The notes beneath the pieces are model-generated. The model made no database searches, was not told the DNA's origin, and saw nothing but the letters and a program-made list of their open reading frames with translations. From Chiloscyllium plagiosum (Eukaryota): 64,000 nt of DNA. Below are positions 1 to 13,060 of this stretch, piece after piece (position 1 is the first letter of the stretch; the number at the start of each line of letters is the position of its first letter). The stretch lies in NCBI RefSeq assembly GCF_004010195.1, contig NC_057718.1, forward strand, positions 19,606,104 through 19,670,103. Reading direction: 5' to 3'. A program made the translations under genes and the position numbers.

Positions 1-654
1 CTCTCAGTTTCCCCCTTGTTTGCAATATCCAAAACAGTGGGGTCTTTGAATCAGGCATCACACTATTTCAATCGACAGTGTTAACACTATCAAGGAAACC
101 TTTTCCTCTTGCTCAGTTTCAATTACAAAGTAATTTCATCATTCATCAGAAGCAATATTTAAAATCCTGGTACTCCCTTTTGAGAACAAAATCCCTCTAG
201 GCCTCAACAGTTCAGAAATTGTGTCACCTTATGTTCACCAAATCATGCGTACTTGCCAGAAAAAATGTCCCCGCTCCCTCTACCATTGAAGACAGAATTT
301 TTAGCAAAAGCGTCACTGCGCCTTCAACTTTATTTTCATAACAGTTCAGCCTTGCTACATTTTTCCCCACTTTTAAAATGCTGCTTAAAATCTGCCTCTT
401 CACTTTTGCTTTCAGACTTCTCCCCTGATTATTTACCTTGGTGAATATCCAATCTGCCTGTTTTAAATCAGTTGGAATAGTTTGTTGTATTGAACATATT
501 TTATAACTGGAAATAGTTTAACTTTGAAGTTGTTCTTCACTGAGTTGGAGGGTGCCAATTCAAATCCGAGCCAGTCAGTGAAAAAGAAACTGTTCTTTGT
601 GGATACTCCATCCTACAGCCCAACCACCAGCCAGTCCCACCTGTTCCCCTATAG

Positions 655-770
655 ATAACATTCAGTGAACCTCTTCAGCAATGCTATTCCACAGCTCTGG
701 AGCAGGTGGGTCTTGAACCCAAGCTTCTGGACCTGATATAGGGACATAACTAGTGCGCCACAAGAGCCCT
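655..770 (-). mobile_element. Short tRNA-derived SINE (~110 bp), same family as the tandem copies at 27500-27865
   Basis: Minus strand reads gggctcttgtggcgcac...gggttcaagaccc, with A-box-like and B-box-like motifs. Confidence 0.55.
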
Positions 771-1179
771 CTACGTATCAAACTATTAATTTCTTAATCC
801 CCTACCCCCAGCAGATATCTAGATCTTAAGCAAGTACATCAAGTGTCTTCCTCAGCTCTTCCCAAACAGGATGATAATGTCCCACCTTCTTGGACTGATA
901 AAATGACAGGTTAATGTTTTCAAAGACCATATCAAATCAGTGGGAGCTCCAGAGAACTGCTTTGCTCACACTATTATTCGGTATCAATATTAAGGAACTT
1001 AGCAGGTAGCACTTTCAACTCAGAGTTGGAAGTGTCTGGGTTCAAGATCTGTTTCCTGATTTGAGAATGTCAGCTCATAAGGGAGAAGGGTTCTATCCGA
1101 AACATTGACTTCTCCACCTCCAGATGCTGCCTGGCTTGCTGTGTTGTTCCAGCCTCCTGCTTGTCTATCATAAGGGTGA

Positions 1180-1545
1180 TGATGACATGGTGCTGATATT
1201 ACTAATGAGCCTGTGTCCCTCCCTAAATTTCTTAAAAGCATGGGTTCAAATTCCACCAGCTGGTAGAATTGAAATTCTGCTACTTTATTTTTTGGTAATA
1301 GTGACTGTGAAATTATTATCGATTACTGTCAAAACCCATTTAGTTCACTTACGCCCATTAGGAAAGGAAATCTTCAGTCCTTACCTGCATTGGACTACAT
1401 GTGACTCCAAACCCCAGCAATGTGGTTGACTTTTAACTGTCTTTGGAATGGCCCCCACTAACTATTCCATTCAAGGTCAATTAGGGATGTACATCAAAAG
1501 CAGGACTTTCCAGAAATACCCAGAAGCAAAGCAAAGGAAAAAGAA
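1180..1545 (+). mobile_element. tRNA-headed SINE sharing its 3' tail with the LINE at 56200-57755
   Basis: B-box gggttcaaattcc; body ccttacctg..ctacatgtgactcca..cagcaatgtggttgact also occurs at 56850-56905; tail caattagggatg. Confidence 0.65.
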
Positions 1546-1664
1546 ATCAAGACTGAGACTCCCATGCAGCACTGGGGGAGTTCCTTGTGAAACAAAATGT
1601 TAAAGCAATGTGTTACCTACCCTGTTTGGTGGTGTTCAGGATCCCACATTATTATTTCAAAAAA

Positions 1665-1990
1665 GAATCATAGAAAATCTCTATAACATAGAAGCAGGCC
1701 ATTCAGCCCATCAAGTCCATACTGATCCTCTGAAGAGCATCTCACCCCAGGCTCACACCCCCACATCCCCACCTTGTCCCTGTAACCCTAGCTAATCCAT
1801 TAGCCTGCACATCTCAGGACACTATGGGCAATTTAGCATGGCCAATTCACCTAACCTGCACATCTTTGGACTGTGCAAGGAAATCAGAGCACGTGGAGGA
1901 AACCTACACAGACGCGGGGAGAATGTGCAAACCCAACTCACCTGATGGTGGAATCAAACTGGAGTCACTGGCACTGTGAGGGAAGAGTAA
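1665..1990 (-). mobile_element. HE1-like V-SINE
   Basis: Contains the V-SINE core gggcaatttagcatggccaattcacctaacctgcacatctttggactgtg and a CR1-type tail. Confidence 0.8.
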
Positions 1991-2040
1991 GGAAATTATC
2001 CATAATGTCCTCTAATTGACATCACTGAAACAGCTAACCC

Positions 2041-2600
2041 AGTCACAGAGTCATACAGCACAGAAACAGACCCTTAGGTCAAACCAATCCATGCTGAACA
2101 TAATCCCAAACAAAACTAGTCCTGCCTGCTTGCTCCTGGCCTATATCCCTTGAAAATCTTTCCTATTCATGTACTTATCCAAATGTCTTTTAAACATTGT
2201 AATTGTGCCCAAGTCCACCACTTCCTTAGGAAGTTCGTTCTACACACAAAACACCGTCTGTGTAAAGAATTTACCTCTCACTTCTTTTCAAAATCTCTCT
2301 CCTCTCGCCTTAACAATGTGTCCCGTTGTCTTGAAATCCCCATCCTAGGGAAAAGACAACTACCATTAACTCTATCTATACCTCTCATTACTTCATAAAT
2401 TTCTATAAGGTCACCTCCCAACCTCCTATGCTCCAGTGAAAAAAGTCCCAGCCTATCCAGCTTTTCTTTATACCTCAAGCCTTCCATACCCAGCAACATT
2501 CTGGTAAATCTCTTCCAAACCCTCTCCAACATGATAATATTCTTCCTATAACTGGGTGGCCAGAACTGGACACAGTATTCCAGATGAGGCCTCACTAATC
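2041..2600 (-). mobile_element. CR1 (HER1-like) LINE 3' fragment
   Basis: ORF 2278-2595 (RPHLEYCVQFW...LGLFSLEHRRLGGDLIE) is the CR1 ORF2 C-terminus. Confidence 0.9.
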
Positions 2601-3534
2601 ATCCACATTTCTGTTTTTCAATGCTTGCTGTATGCAATCAGCTGTCACATTTCACAGATCACAACAGTGATTACACTTCAAAAGTGCTTTGGAATTTTGA
2701 AACCTGGCCTAACCTGCTGTGCTTTTCTAGCGCCACTCTAATCTAGACTCTAATTTCCAGCATCTGCAGTCCTCACTCTTGCCGAGTAATACCAACAGAC
2801 CTATTGAGGAATTATTAATCAATACACCAGCTTTGGCTATAGCTTTCAGCTTTGTCTCCCAAGCAGGAAGATGTTAGACCAAGAGACCTTATGTAGAGTG
2901 CCTTTAGCAGAGTAACAATAACCAACACTTTGTTACCAAGTCAAGCTGTCCTGTGTGATGAACATTCAGATTTGGAAAGAATCCTCAAGAGAACTATCTT
3001 TTCTGTTATCATATTGGATGCCATGTGTGTGTTTCACCAAATAGTAAACTAATTAAAGTACATGAGTTGATCAGCAAGATCTTTACTCCGGAACTTTCAT
3101 ATTGTTTAATAATATTCCTGATTTAAAAAAAACTTAGATGTTTTGCTTAATCATAAGGTCACCCAACTTTTAAATACCTCACAAGTTTTTTTGGTTTCTC
3201 AAGAGAAACATGTGCCAAAACCTTCAGGGTCCAGACACCATTAATGAACTTTAGTTCTATTTTAAACTACAAAATCTACAAATCAAAATGAAGACGTTTT
3301 CGGTTTTTTATAAAGTCGTAGAATCGTACAGCAAGGAAACTGACCCTTTGGTCCAACTCATCCCTGCAAACCAGATTTCCTAAACTGAACGAGTCCCATT
3401 TGCCTGCTTTTGGCCCATTATCCCTCTAAACCTTTCCTATCCATGTACCTAGTGATGGTAATGCTATTAAATATCAAGGGGAGATAATGAAATTCTCTCT
3501 TGATTGAGGGCTTTCAAAATCATTCCCTATTGTT

Positions 3535-3905
3535 GTTAAACTAGAAAGGGTATGGAAGGAATTTGCGAGAATGTTGCTGGGACTGGAGGATTTGAGTTAT
3601 AAGGAGACGCTGGGATGGCTGGGACCCTTTTTGCTGGAGCATTGGAGGCTGAGGTGTGACCATATAGAGGTTTGTGAAATCATGAGGGGCATAGATAATG
3701 TGAATAGACAAGGTCTTTTTCCAAGGGTAGAGGAGTCCAAAACTAGAGGGCATAGGTTTATGGTGAGAGGAGAAAGATTTAAAAGGGACTTGAGGGGAAA
3801 CCTTTTCACACAGAGGGTGTGAGTATGGAATGAGCTGCCAGAGGAAGTGGTAGTGAAGGTCACGATTATAACAATTTAAAAGACATTTGGACAGGTACAT
3901 GAATG
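3535..3905 (+). mobile_element. CR1 LINE fragment
   Basis: ORF 3571-3822 (LSYKETL...SKTRGHRF...RGNLFTQRV). Confidence 0.9.
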
Positions 3906-3992
3906 GGACTGCCTTCCTAACAGCACTCTACCCTCCCAGGAGTGGAATGGTTCAAGAAAGCAGCTCACCCACCATCTTATCCAGGGCAATTC

Positions 3993-4436
3993 AAGTCACA
4001 GAGTCATAGAGATGTACAGCACGGAAACAGACCCTTCAGTCCAACTCGGCCATGCCGATCAGATATCCTAACCTAATCTAGTCCCATTTGCCAGCACTTG
4101 GCCCATATCCCTCTAAACCCTTCCTATTCATATACCCATCCAGATGCCTTTCAAATGCTGCAACTATAGCAGCCTCCACCACTTCCTCTTGTCGCTCATT
4201 CCATACACACTCCACCCTCTGCATGACAAAGTTGCCTCTTAGGTCTTTTTTATATCTTTCCCCTCTCACCCTAAACCAACACCCTCTACTTCTGAACTCC
4301 CCCACCCCAGGGAAAAATTGTTGTCTATTTAGCCTATCCATGCCCCTCATGATTTTATAAACCTCTATAAGGTCATCCCTCAGTCTCTGACGCTCCAGGG
4401 AAAACAGCCCCAGCCTGTTCAACCTCTTCCAAGAGC
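3993..4436 (-). mobile_element. CR1 LINE 3' end inserted into the tail of another LINE
   Basis: ORF 4078-4422 is the CR1 C-terminus; flanks 3905-3992 and 4437-4490 join into the caccatct..agggcaatt / gcagtaaatgctgacctagccag tail. Confidence 0.9.
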
Positions 4437-5378
4437 TCCAGCAGTAAATGCTGACCTAGCCAGTGGAGTCCAATAAACAAACAAACTTTAAAAATGCAAT
4501 TCCTAATTAATGGAGTACCATGCTCACTCTCTGTGGGGCATTAATAACCAGTGGTCTTGATCAAACTTAGTAACATTTCAGGAAGAGATTTTTAAAAGAT
4601 GTACCAAATACATCTTAAACTCGCATTCATTGTTAGATAGGGTAGGGTTAGGTTAGCTATCTGTAATAGCAGATATTCAGGACATTTTATTTTGTGAATT
4701 CATTCCTATTAGAGAGCCTAAGAAAAAATTTTTTAATCAAAGTCACAGCTCTGGTGATCATTGCAGCCCCACCTACCCACTACTGTCCACGCGAAATAAA
4801 ATTCATGTCTTAATACTAGTGTTTGGCATTGCATAAAATAATGGTGCTGTAAGGGTTAAGGTTAGAGTCTGCATTAAGGCCGACCCAATCTGATTGTGGC
4901 ATATTGGCTTAGGTGAGAATAATGCAGAACTGTTCAAGTATCATGGAGTGCCGCCCCAGGAGATATGTATAGGTGTCCTCATAGTTCTACTGGCTACCAG
5001 TTGGGCCCAAGAGAGAAGTGTGCTGGAATGTGGGTGATTTAGCTGTTGTTCTAAGTGAAATCTTGCTTTAAATGTTGTTCCCTTTCACAATTTTGGACTT
5101 CTTACTGAAGCATGCAGTCACTCAACAATGCCATTAACACTGGCTGCACACTACCTTCACGTTGCCATCACTGACATCTCAATTGCATTGGGAGCAATGG
5201 GCAAGGGTTAATTCCAGATCACTATCCACAGCCCTTTTCTCATGATTTCCGCCCACTTTAATATAAAAACTAAATGTGTTCATACAAATGTCTAAGGGCA
5301 GTAAAACTGAGCTGGAACAAAAATATTTGGGAGCTGATTGACTCAGTTAAGACTGCCTGATATGATCCACTCAATTAC

Positions 5379-5474
5379 CTCATCTTTAAACCACAAGATG
5401 ACCCTCACTGAAGAAACTGAGTAGTCAGCATTTTCCTTGTGTCTCCCTGAGGCAAAGGACAGAATGTTTCCTCC
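5379..5474 (-). CDS. Candidate internal coding exon (96 nt, phase 0/0), GGNILSFASGRHKENADYSVSSVRVILWFKDE; gene unidentified
   Basis: Acceptor ctctgctttcag and donor GAG|gtaatt on the minus strand; one open frame; unique-looking sequence. No homology recognised. Confidence 0.3.
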
Positions 5475-6668
5475 CTGAAAGCAGAGATCTAATTTTCGTA
5501 GTGATGGTAACATTTGTACATTCAAGTGCTAAGCTAGCCAAAGAGAACACAGTGTTGGCTGCCCGTGAACTGCAGAGGACAGCTAGTTTGATTCATTAGC
5601 ATGTGCTCCCACCACAGCTTTGATCTTCTTGTACAATAGGACATTATGAAAGTCTGGCGAATACCTCCAATTTAAAGAGGTGGGGTCATTTCAGTTTGTC
5701 TCAGTATTGATGTAGCACATTTCAATCTCTATACAAGCCCCAAACCACGGCACGGCCAAAAACCTCCTTTGAAGTACACGTAAACACGACAGTCCTTTTA
5801 GATACCATGGGATTTCACCCATACTAATGTCTCCACAGACTTATTGTACATCCTGATGGCTTTTCACAGTCCTTTGTCTTGTCCGGTACCATTTATTCCT
5901 CAAACTCCAGTTTATGTTTCCCCTCAACTCTTTCTTTACCACCTCAGACCAAACTTTCACTCACCAGTTTCCGGATTGTCTCCATGACGTGGATGAGCCG
6001 GTGTTGGTCTGGGGTGGACAAAGTTAAAAATTACACACAACCAGATTATAGTCCAATAGGTTTATTTGGAAGTACTAACTTTCGGAGCGCTGCTCCTTCA
6101 TCGGGTAGCAGGACCATAGAACACAGAATTTATAGTAAAAGATCAAAGTGTCATACAACTGATGCGATGTATTGAACGAGCCTAGATTGCTGTTAAGCCT
6201 TCAATCACATAGAATGGGTTGCAGGTTTCAATTCATTAATGTGTAAATCAAGTCACATTCCTGAGATAACTTAAGTTCTTATATAAAAAAAGTGACGTCT
6301 CAGCTCAGACAGTGCAGTAAAGGTGTGAGGTTAGCCTCTGTCTGTATTCCAACCTTGAGTCAGACTGGTTCTATTTCCACAGCAGGAATTTATAAAATGT
6401 CACATTGACTGACTGTCGACAACTTGTGTGCTTTTTGAACAAAATAGAATGTATTTGCAAATGCAAATCTGCAAATGCAAGTTCACTGCGTAGATGTATA
6501 TGTATGTGTGTACAAATGAGTTTGGCATTTGCAGAAACATTCTATTTTGTTCAAAAAGCATACAATCTGTAGGCAGTCAGTCTATGTGACATTTTATAAA
6601 TTCCTACTTTGGAAACAGAACCAGTCTGACTCAAAGCTGGAATGTCTTACAACTGTGTACTCCACAAC

Positions 6669-6703
6669 CACCTGATGAAGGAGCAACGCTCCGAAAGCTA
6701 GTG
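6669..6703 (+). ncRNA. Minimal hammerhead ribozyme motif (type I, family B)
   Basis: CAC-CUGAUGA-A-GGAGC(AAC)GCUCC-GAAA-G-CUA-GUG: stem I CAC/GUG, 5-bp stem II, palindromic AGCU in place of stem III, NUH=CUA. Confidence 0.75.
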
Positions 6704-6863
6704 CTTCCAATTAAACCTGTTGCACTATAACCTGGTGATTTTTAACTCAAAGCTAGAAAACAGACAGACTCTAACCTCACACCTTTAATACATTGTCTGA
6801 GCTGAGATGTCACCTTTTCTAATAAAATCTTAAGTTATTTTGGGAATGTGATTTTGAGCCAAA

Positions 6864-7392
6864 GAGTCATAAATGTGTACAGCACAGAAACAGACCCTTC
6901 GATCCAACTTGTCCATGCCTACAGGATATCCTAACCCAATCTAGTCCCACCTGCCAGCACCCGGCCCATATCCCACCAAACCCTTCCTATTCATATACCC
7001 ATCCAAATGCCTCTTAAATGTTGCAATTGTACCAGCCTCCCCTACTTCCTCTGGCAGCTCATTCCATACCCGTACCACACTCTGTGTGAAAAAGTTGCCC
7101 CTTAGGTCTCTTTTATATTTTTCCCCTCTCACCCTAAACATATGCCCTCTGGTCCTGGACTCCCCCACCCCAAGGAAGACACTTTGTCCATTTATCCTAT
7201 CCATGCCCCTCATGATTTTATAAACCTCTATAAGGTCACCCCTCAGCCGCCGACGCTCCAGGGAAAATAGCCCCAGTCTAGTAAACCTCTCCCTATAGCT
7301 CAAACCCTCCAACCTTGGCAACATCCTTGTAAATCTTTTCTGAACCCTTTCAAGTTTCACAACATCCTTCCGATAGGAAAGAGACCAGACTT
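6864..7392 (-). mobile_element. CR1 LINE 3' fragment
   Basis: ORF 6941-7447 (RKDVVKLERVQKRFTRMLP...GYGPGAGRWD). Confidence 0.92.
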
Positions 7393-8399
7393 GAAAGAAG
7401 TTCTGGGATTTACATATTAATGAATCAAAGCCTGCAAACCACTCCAAGTAATTAAAGATTTAACAGCAATCTAGGTTTGTTCAATATATTGCATCAATTG
7501 TATGACACTTTGATCTTTTACTATAAATTCTGTGTCCTATGATCCTGCCCCACTAGTTACCTGAAGGAACAGCACTCCGAAAGATAGCACTTACAAATAA
7601 ACTTCTTGGACTATAACCTGATGTTGTGTGATTTTTAAATGGATTCTCTCAACTGCTTTGCCTTGCTAAATCCTCCCCACAAACTTCCTAAAATCCCATC
7701 ATTTTGTTGCAGCCATCCCTATCCTTTAGGTTCCTTCCTTTTCTCTCCACTTTTGCCAGCTACGTTCTGGTTGTTTGTTTGATCACTTAGATATAAGCAA
7801 AGTAGGGCTTCAGATTTGGGAAACTTCCAAAATCGGCTGTGGTTACCAGGAAGGACTCTCCTTCTCACACTCTCCCTCCACCTGAGGCATAGTGACCCTC
7901 AAGTTAAACCACCAGCAGCCTTCCCCCTAATGAGAGAGCAGCTTTGTGGTCCTCTGGGACTACGGCAAGTTTATCTGCTTCAAATGTACTCCTAAATTAT
8001 CATCTATTAAAGGGAAAGGGAGCGAAAACGAAATTCAATGCTGATTTTTATATTTGTGTCAATGTGTTCACCAATGAGAGTATTAACAGCATAAATATTC
8101 CCATGTATTTTATTTTGTGGAACCTCTAGAATAAAGCCAATGCCAATATTTCCCATTATGCAATATTTCTTTGGTACAGTATGTGCCTAAGCATTTTTTT
8201 AAAAAATGGAAGCCACATTGTAACTTGCTCATAAATTGCTATTTGCTGCTCGAGTATTGAGTCACATGTCTGCGTCACTCAAGTGCTTATTCTTTCCAGA
8301 TAAGAGTTCATGGTGAACACTTTCAGTTGGCAAGACATGGGTGGCTGGGCAAATTGCTGCTGTAATTTAAGACTTGGATCAGAAAATTGCAGTTTTTCA

Positions 8400-8965
8400 T
8401 CTGAGCAGCAACTAAGCAGGATTATGCCGACAAAGTTATCGGTTTGAAGCTCATCTTAGACAGTAATGGAAGGTGTCAGAATTCTCTCAAACAGCCATGA
8501 AGTTATCTACTCAATAATTAGTCACATTTATTTCAACAGAAATTAATAACTGGCCTGGACATATAACCATCGTGGTGATGCCTATATTCTGCAATCTCAC
8601 TCAAAACAAGATTTCTATCATTCTATTGCTACACAGTAGAAAAAAATTCTCAAATGGCCAGCGTTCCAAAAGAAAGTGTGTCAAAGACACTCTCCTTGAA
8701 GTATAGCAGCATTGAGATGAATGACTGGGAGGGGCATGCTCCCAATCATTCAGAATAGCGACAATGTATCTGTCAAACTGCATCCCACTTCAATACCCAA
8801 TGCCTAAAATGGTGTAGAGGAGTATCAGTGATGAAGGAGAGAAAAATAAGCAAACACTGTACCCCAGGTCCCAATATCTCATGGCATATCCTACCTCAGG
8901 TGCCTAATACATACATGGGCAAAAATCTAACTGCTCAGTCACAAGAACATCTTTCTGCAAGAACT
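8400..8965 (+). mobile_element. Highly degraded RTE-clade LINE 3' region
   Basis: Decayed motifs WPGHI (RWAGHV), RKCVKDTL (RKRYKDTLK) and a terminal SHKN-like remnant (SHLRTH). Confidence 0.45.
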
Positions 8966-9549
8966 CACAATCTTGAATAGATGGCATGCTCAATTCAAAG
9001 AGTAGCCAATGACAAGAAGTACAATATAAAAAACTGGGTTAACAGTTTGGATAGGCACTATTCTAATGAAAGAGTCTCTGTTGTATATGCAGATAAACCA
9101 AGTATCATCCTCTTTATGTGGAGGGATCTACAGGGTCTAATGCAATCTAGAAAACCACTGACTGGTCTAACTAGAAAAGATTCTTGTATTGAACAAGAAG
9201 TAACTTATCACACGTTAGCAACAAGTTGCATTGATATGATGGACGTTGTTACAGAGACTTTGAGGAGGACCCAATGTTAGGCTGCAGTCATCCAAGATCC
9301 TAAGGTTTATACCCACAAGTCCAAATGACATCATTATTGTGATGGTGCTCAAGGCACTTCCGAGTCTTAACCCTTTCAGATCCACATCTAACATTCTCAA
9401 CCCAATTTAATTCTCTATTTGCTCTTTTCAAATGGTGAAGGCGATGCTATGTATTTCAACTATTTAAAGTTTTTAAGATTTCCAACATATACATGATGTG
9501 TATATTAATTGCTATTTTAAACAGTAAACATTATAAAATAATAATTTCA

Positions 9550-9815
9550 GGATTGAAGACGGATATATTCTGTAGATATGAGAGCACATCACTTTAATCT
9601 AGAGCTCTCCGCTTACAGGAGCTGAACATGACCTTGCTGATCTCCATAGTCTATCAAGGGATCTTCAGGATAAGGTTGAGTGTGGAGGTAAACAAAGATT
9701 TTAACTACAAAATACGCCTGTGTACACTATCTGGGCAACATGTCAGGACAGGGAAACATAAACAATATAATCCTTGGACATATCTCAAAAAACACCGCCA
9801 CTTCTCCCCATAGTC
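9550..9815 (+). mobile_element. Degraded Gypsy integrase zinc-binding (HHCC) region
   Basis: EDGYIL...YQGIFRIR...VNKDFNYKIRLC...NPWTYLKKH resembles Gypsy EDGxLL...HPGIxRMK...LDKDIE..VRxC..HPWxWP. Confidence 0.4.
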
Positions 9816-12584
9816 TAAAGGAAGGAGAGTAAAAAAATGTGATTTAGATGGCCTTTAATTGACAACGGGATTCCATTAAGTGAAATGTCTTGCAATTAGC
9901 CATTTGCATTGGACAAATAATTAACAAATTCACCAACACATCTGGCTTCAATAAATGTCTCTAGTAAATTCAAATGTATACGATGCCTGTGGGAAATCTT
10001 TCTGCAAAATGGGTGCAAATAGATACATGGGTGTCTTCTCAACATTATGGATTATATCTGTTACATTGTTATAGGATTCCAATATGAGATAGAAACTGTA
10101 TGTTCACACTTATGTACACAGAAGGGCACTGCCTTATTCACCACCACATTACACTCTGAGTATCCAACCGACAGTATATCAGTTCATAAAACATGGTGTG
10201 ATCTGAGAAATAATCCAATACAGCTCCCCAGATTTTGAACTGTTATAATTTTGAAATTCTGGGAACCGCAGACGTAACAATGTCCACATTCTGATGGTAA
10301 TTACTGTCACTCCTCAGGTATGATCTCTCCTCCCACAAGAGCTCAGGTTGATGCTGGAACTCTTACTTCCTGAGTAATTCCAGAATGGTTATTCTGGTTC
10401 TAAATAGCTTCCGTTAATGTTCATATCTCGCCATTAGTATAAATGGTCAAATCCCCTCCTCGGTCAGCATGCTATGTATTATGGTCATGTTCACCAGAAC
10501 CATCTGGGATACCTTGGGAAGGCCAAGTGCTACCAATCCTTCATTTGGGATTAGTTTCAGTTCCTTATTGCACATTGGGAAGGAAGCTGTACAATTAGCT
10601 CAATCCTGATAAAGAGAATATATTTATTTTATAGCACTTTAATATCTTGGCTCGGCTTAAGGGAAAGTACACATTATTTTGAAGGAAAGCAGGGAAGTTA
10701 TTTCCAACTAATGAGCATTACAAAAACAGACTGCCTGGTCATGGTCATATTGCTGAATCAAAAAATGTGGTGCTGGAAAAGCACAGCTGGTCAGGCAGCA
10801 TCCGAGGAGCAGGAGAGTCAACATTTCAAGCATAAGCTCTTCATCTGTTGCTGTTTGTTGGAGCTTGGTATGCATTGGTGGGTTGCTACGTTTCCTAAGC
10901 TAAAACAGAAACTGCACATCAGAAATAACTCATTGGCTGCAAAATGTTCCTCAGGTGTTTATATTCTTTGAAAAGTGCCATATAAATTTTTGTCTTTTTT
11001 TTGCTTGCACAACCTTTAGTGATAGAAAAGTTCATCTGAACCACTCTTGTTCCGCCAAACTTTCAGAGAGACCATTTTGCATTGAAGACCCTTTGTTTTT
11101 GACTTCCCAATCATGGCAAACTAGTGTTTTCCTGTTCCCTCTTTTAAAATGCAGCAAGACGTTAAGTCTCATCTAATGCCACTCCTATGGAAATAGTCCC
11201 AGTGTTTCTGTTAACTATAATTTCCTATCCCTCATGTCATCCAGGCGAATCTATGCTCTCAATGATATTAATGACTTTTTGGTTAAGATGACAGCCATAG
11301 CTGTACACAATCTAAGTAACATTCTGGACACGTCTATCACAAGTTTTTTTACACTTGCACTTTACCTTCCTACTTCTAAACACAAAACTGATGCTGATCT
11401 TTTTTGAACAGTTTAATCTCAACTTGCAATTGCAGAAAGCTACATTCTTGAACCCATTGTGTCACCATTCATCCAATGTTCACCTTTCATCATCCTTTCA
11501 TTAAACATAAGCCCCTCCATGCTTTGATTTTCCACCCAAAATATATTTCTTACACATTTAGTTAGGGAAACATATTAAACTTCTCACATTAAATTGCATC
11601 TCCCACCTGTCTGTCCATTCTGTGAAATCTGTTACTTTTTTAAGTGACTGAATTTCAGAAGTAATTAATTGTGTGAAGTATTTCAAGATATTTATGTGTA
11701 AGAGATGCTGTACTAATGCAAGTATGATTATTTTTATTGTAACTCATAATCAAGGATTGTCAACATGATCCAGATGGCAGTGTGTTGAGGCATGTGTTAT
11801 GTCAGCCCACCACCTAACTTGGCCACCAAATGAAAAGTCTTTCTAAGCTGCTCACTTTCCTTCAAGTTCAGTCCTTTTCTGTTTGTAAGGCCTCCAGGAT
11901 AATAACATTTGGGTGACATCATGGTTGGGGAAGATTTTACATAAACGTATCACACGCATATAGTTTAATGCTGCTCATCATGCCCATATTAGATTGCCAA
12001 AAACAACTTCTCAAAATGTCTCATTAAACCTTAAAAATTCCCAAGATGATTTCTGCATTAAAAGCCAAAGTTGGGTATTTGTGTCATTAAAAAGTGATGA
12101 TGTAAAAATTGTCCTGTCAAATGATAGGTCCGATATTAAAAAGTATGAGACTTCCTTTAACTTCTCGCTTTTTGTTTGACCTTCCAAATATTGGTCTGAT
12201 TTTGTAGAGTAAAGAGATTTAGGACTGATGGAACTAACTCACTGACTTTGTTCAAGCTTTCCAAATATGTAATAGCCAAGTAGAAATAGAAATACTTAAA
12301 AACCTCAGGGGACAAATTGCATGTTGAGATCCAATGGCACATTTATCAAAGTTGGGGGAGCCAATGTCCAGCAATGTTAATCATCCAGCAACATTTATAA
12401 GCACAAGCATTAATGTCTTTTCAATTATAGATCATTCAAGTGTAGGAATAGAAATCTTCCAGTTCCATTGATCATTTTTCAACTGTTGCAAAGGCTTTTT
12501 TGGAAGAAGGTATGAAAACTAGACATAAACTAATCAAAGAATATACAATCCAATGCCATTGCCTCTGCCTTATAAATGAAAGGA

Positions 12585-13060
12585 GAAGATATTTACCAGG
12601 TTGTTGCTTGGAATGGAGATTTTGAGTTATAACGAACAGCTGGATAGGCTGGGACCTTTTTCACTAGAGCATAGGAGATTCCGAGGCGACCTTATTGAGG
12701 TTTATATAAGAACAAGAGGGGTATAGATAAGGAGAGTGACCGGTGTCTTTTCCCTAGGGTGCAGGATTTCAAAACTAGGGGGTATATTTTTAAGGTAAGA
12801 GGAGGAAGATTTTAAAAAGACATGGGGGGGGCGATTTTTTTACACAGTGGTTGATGTGTGCAATGAACATGCAGAGGAAGTGATGGATGCAGGTACAGTT
12901 GCAATGTTTAAAAGACATTTAGATATGTAACGAATAAGAAATGTTTGAAAGGATATGGGCCAAGCGCAGGCAAGTGGGACTAGTTCAGTTTGAGTTTATG
13001 GTCAGTATGGACTAGTTAGACTGAAGGGTCTGCTTCTGTGTTGTATGGCTCTATGACTTA
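12585..13060 (+). mobile_element. CR1 LINE 3' fragment (decayed)
   Basis: Runs from atttaccaggttgttgcttggaatgg to the tail gaagggtctgcttctgtg..ctctatgact. Confidence 0.88.

Larger units (their letters stand above)
5985..7640. mobile_element. Palindromic non-autonomous Penelope-derived element with long inverted arms, interrupted by a mini-insert (6643-6744) and a CR1
   Basis: 6022-6465 is the reverse complement of 6525-6642 + 6759-6857 + 7393-7640; decayed hammerhead motifs at both ends; possible TSD ggattgtctcca (5973) / ggattctctcaa (7641). Confidence 0.75.
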
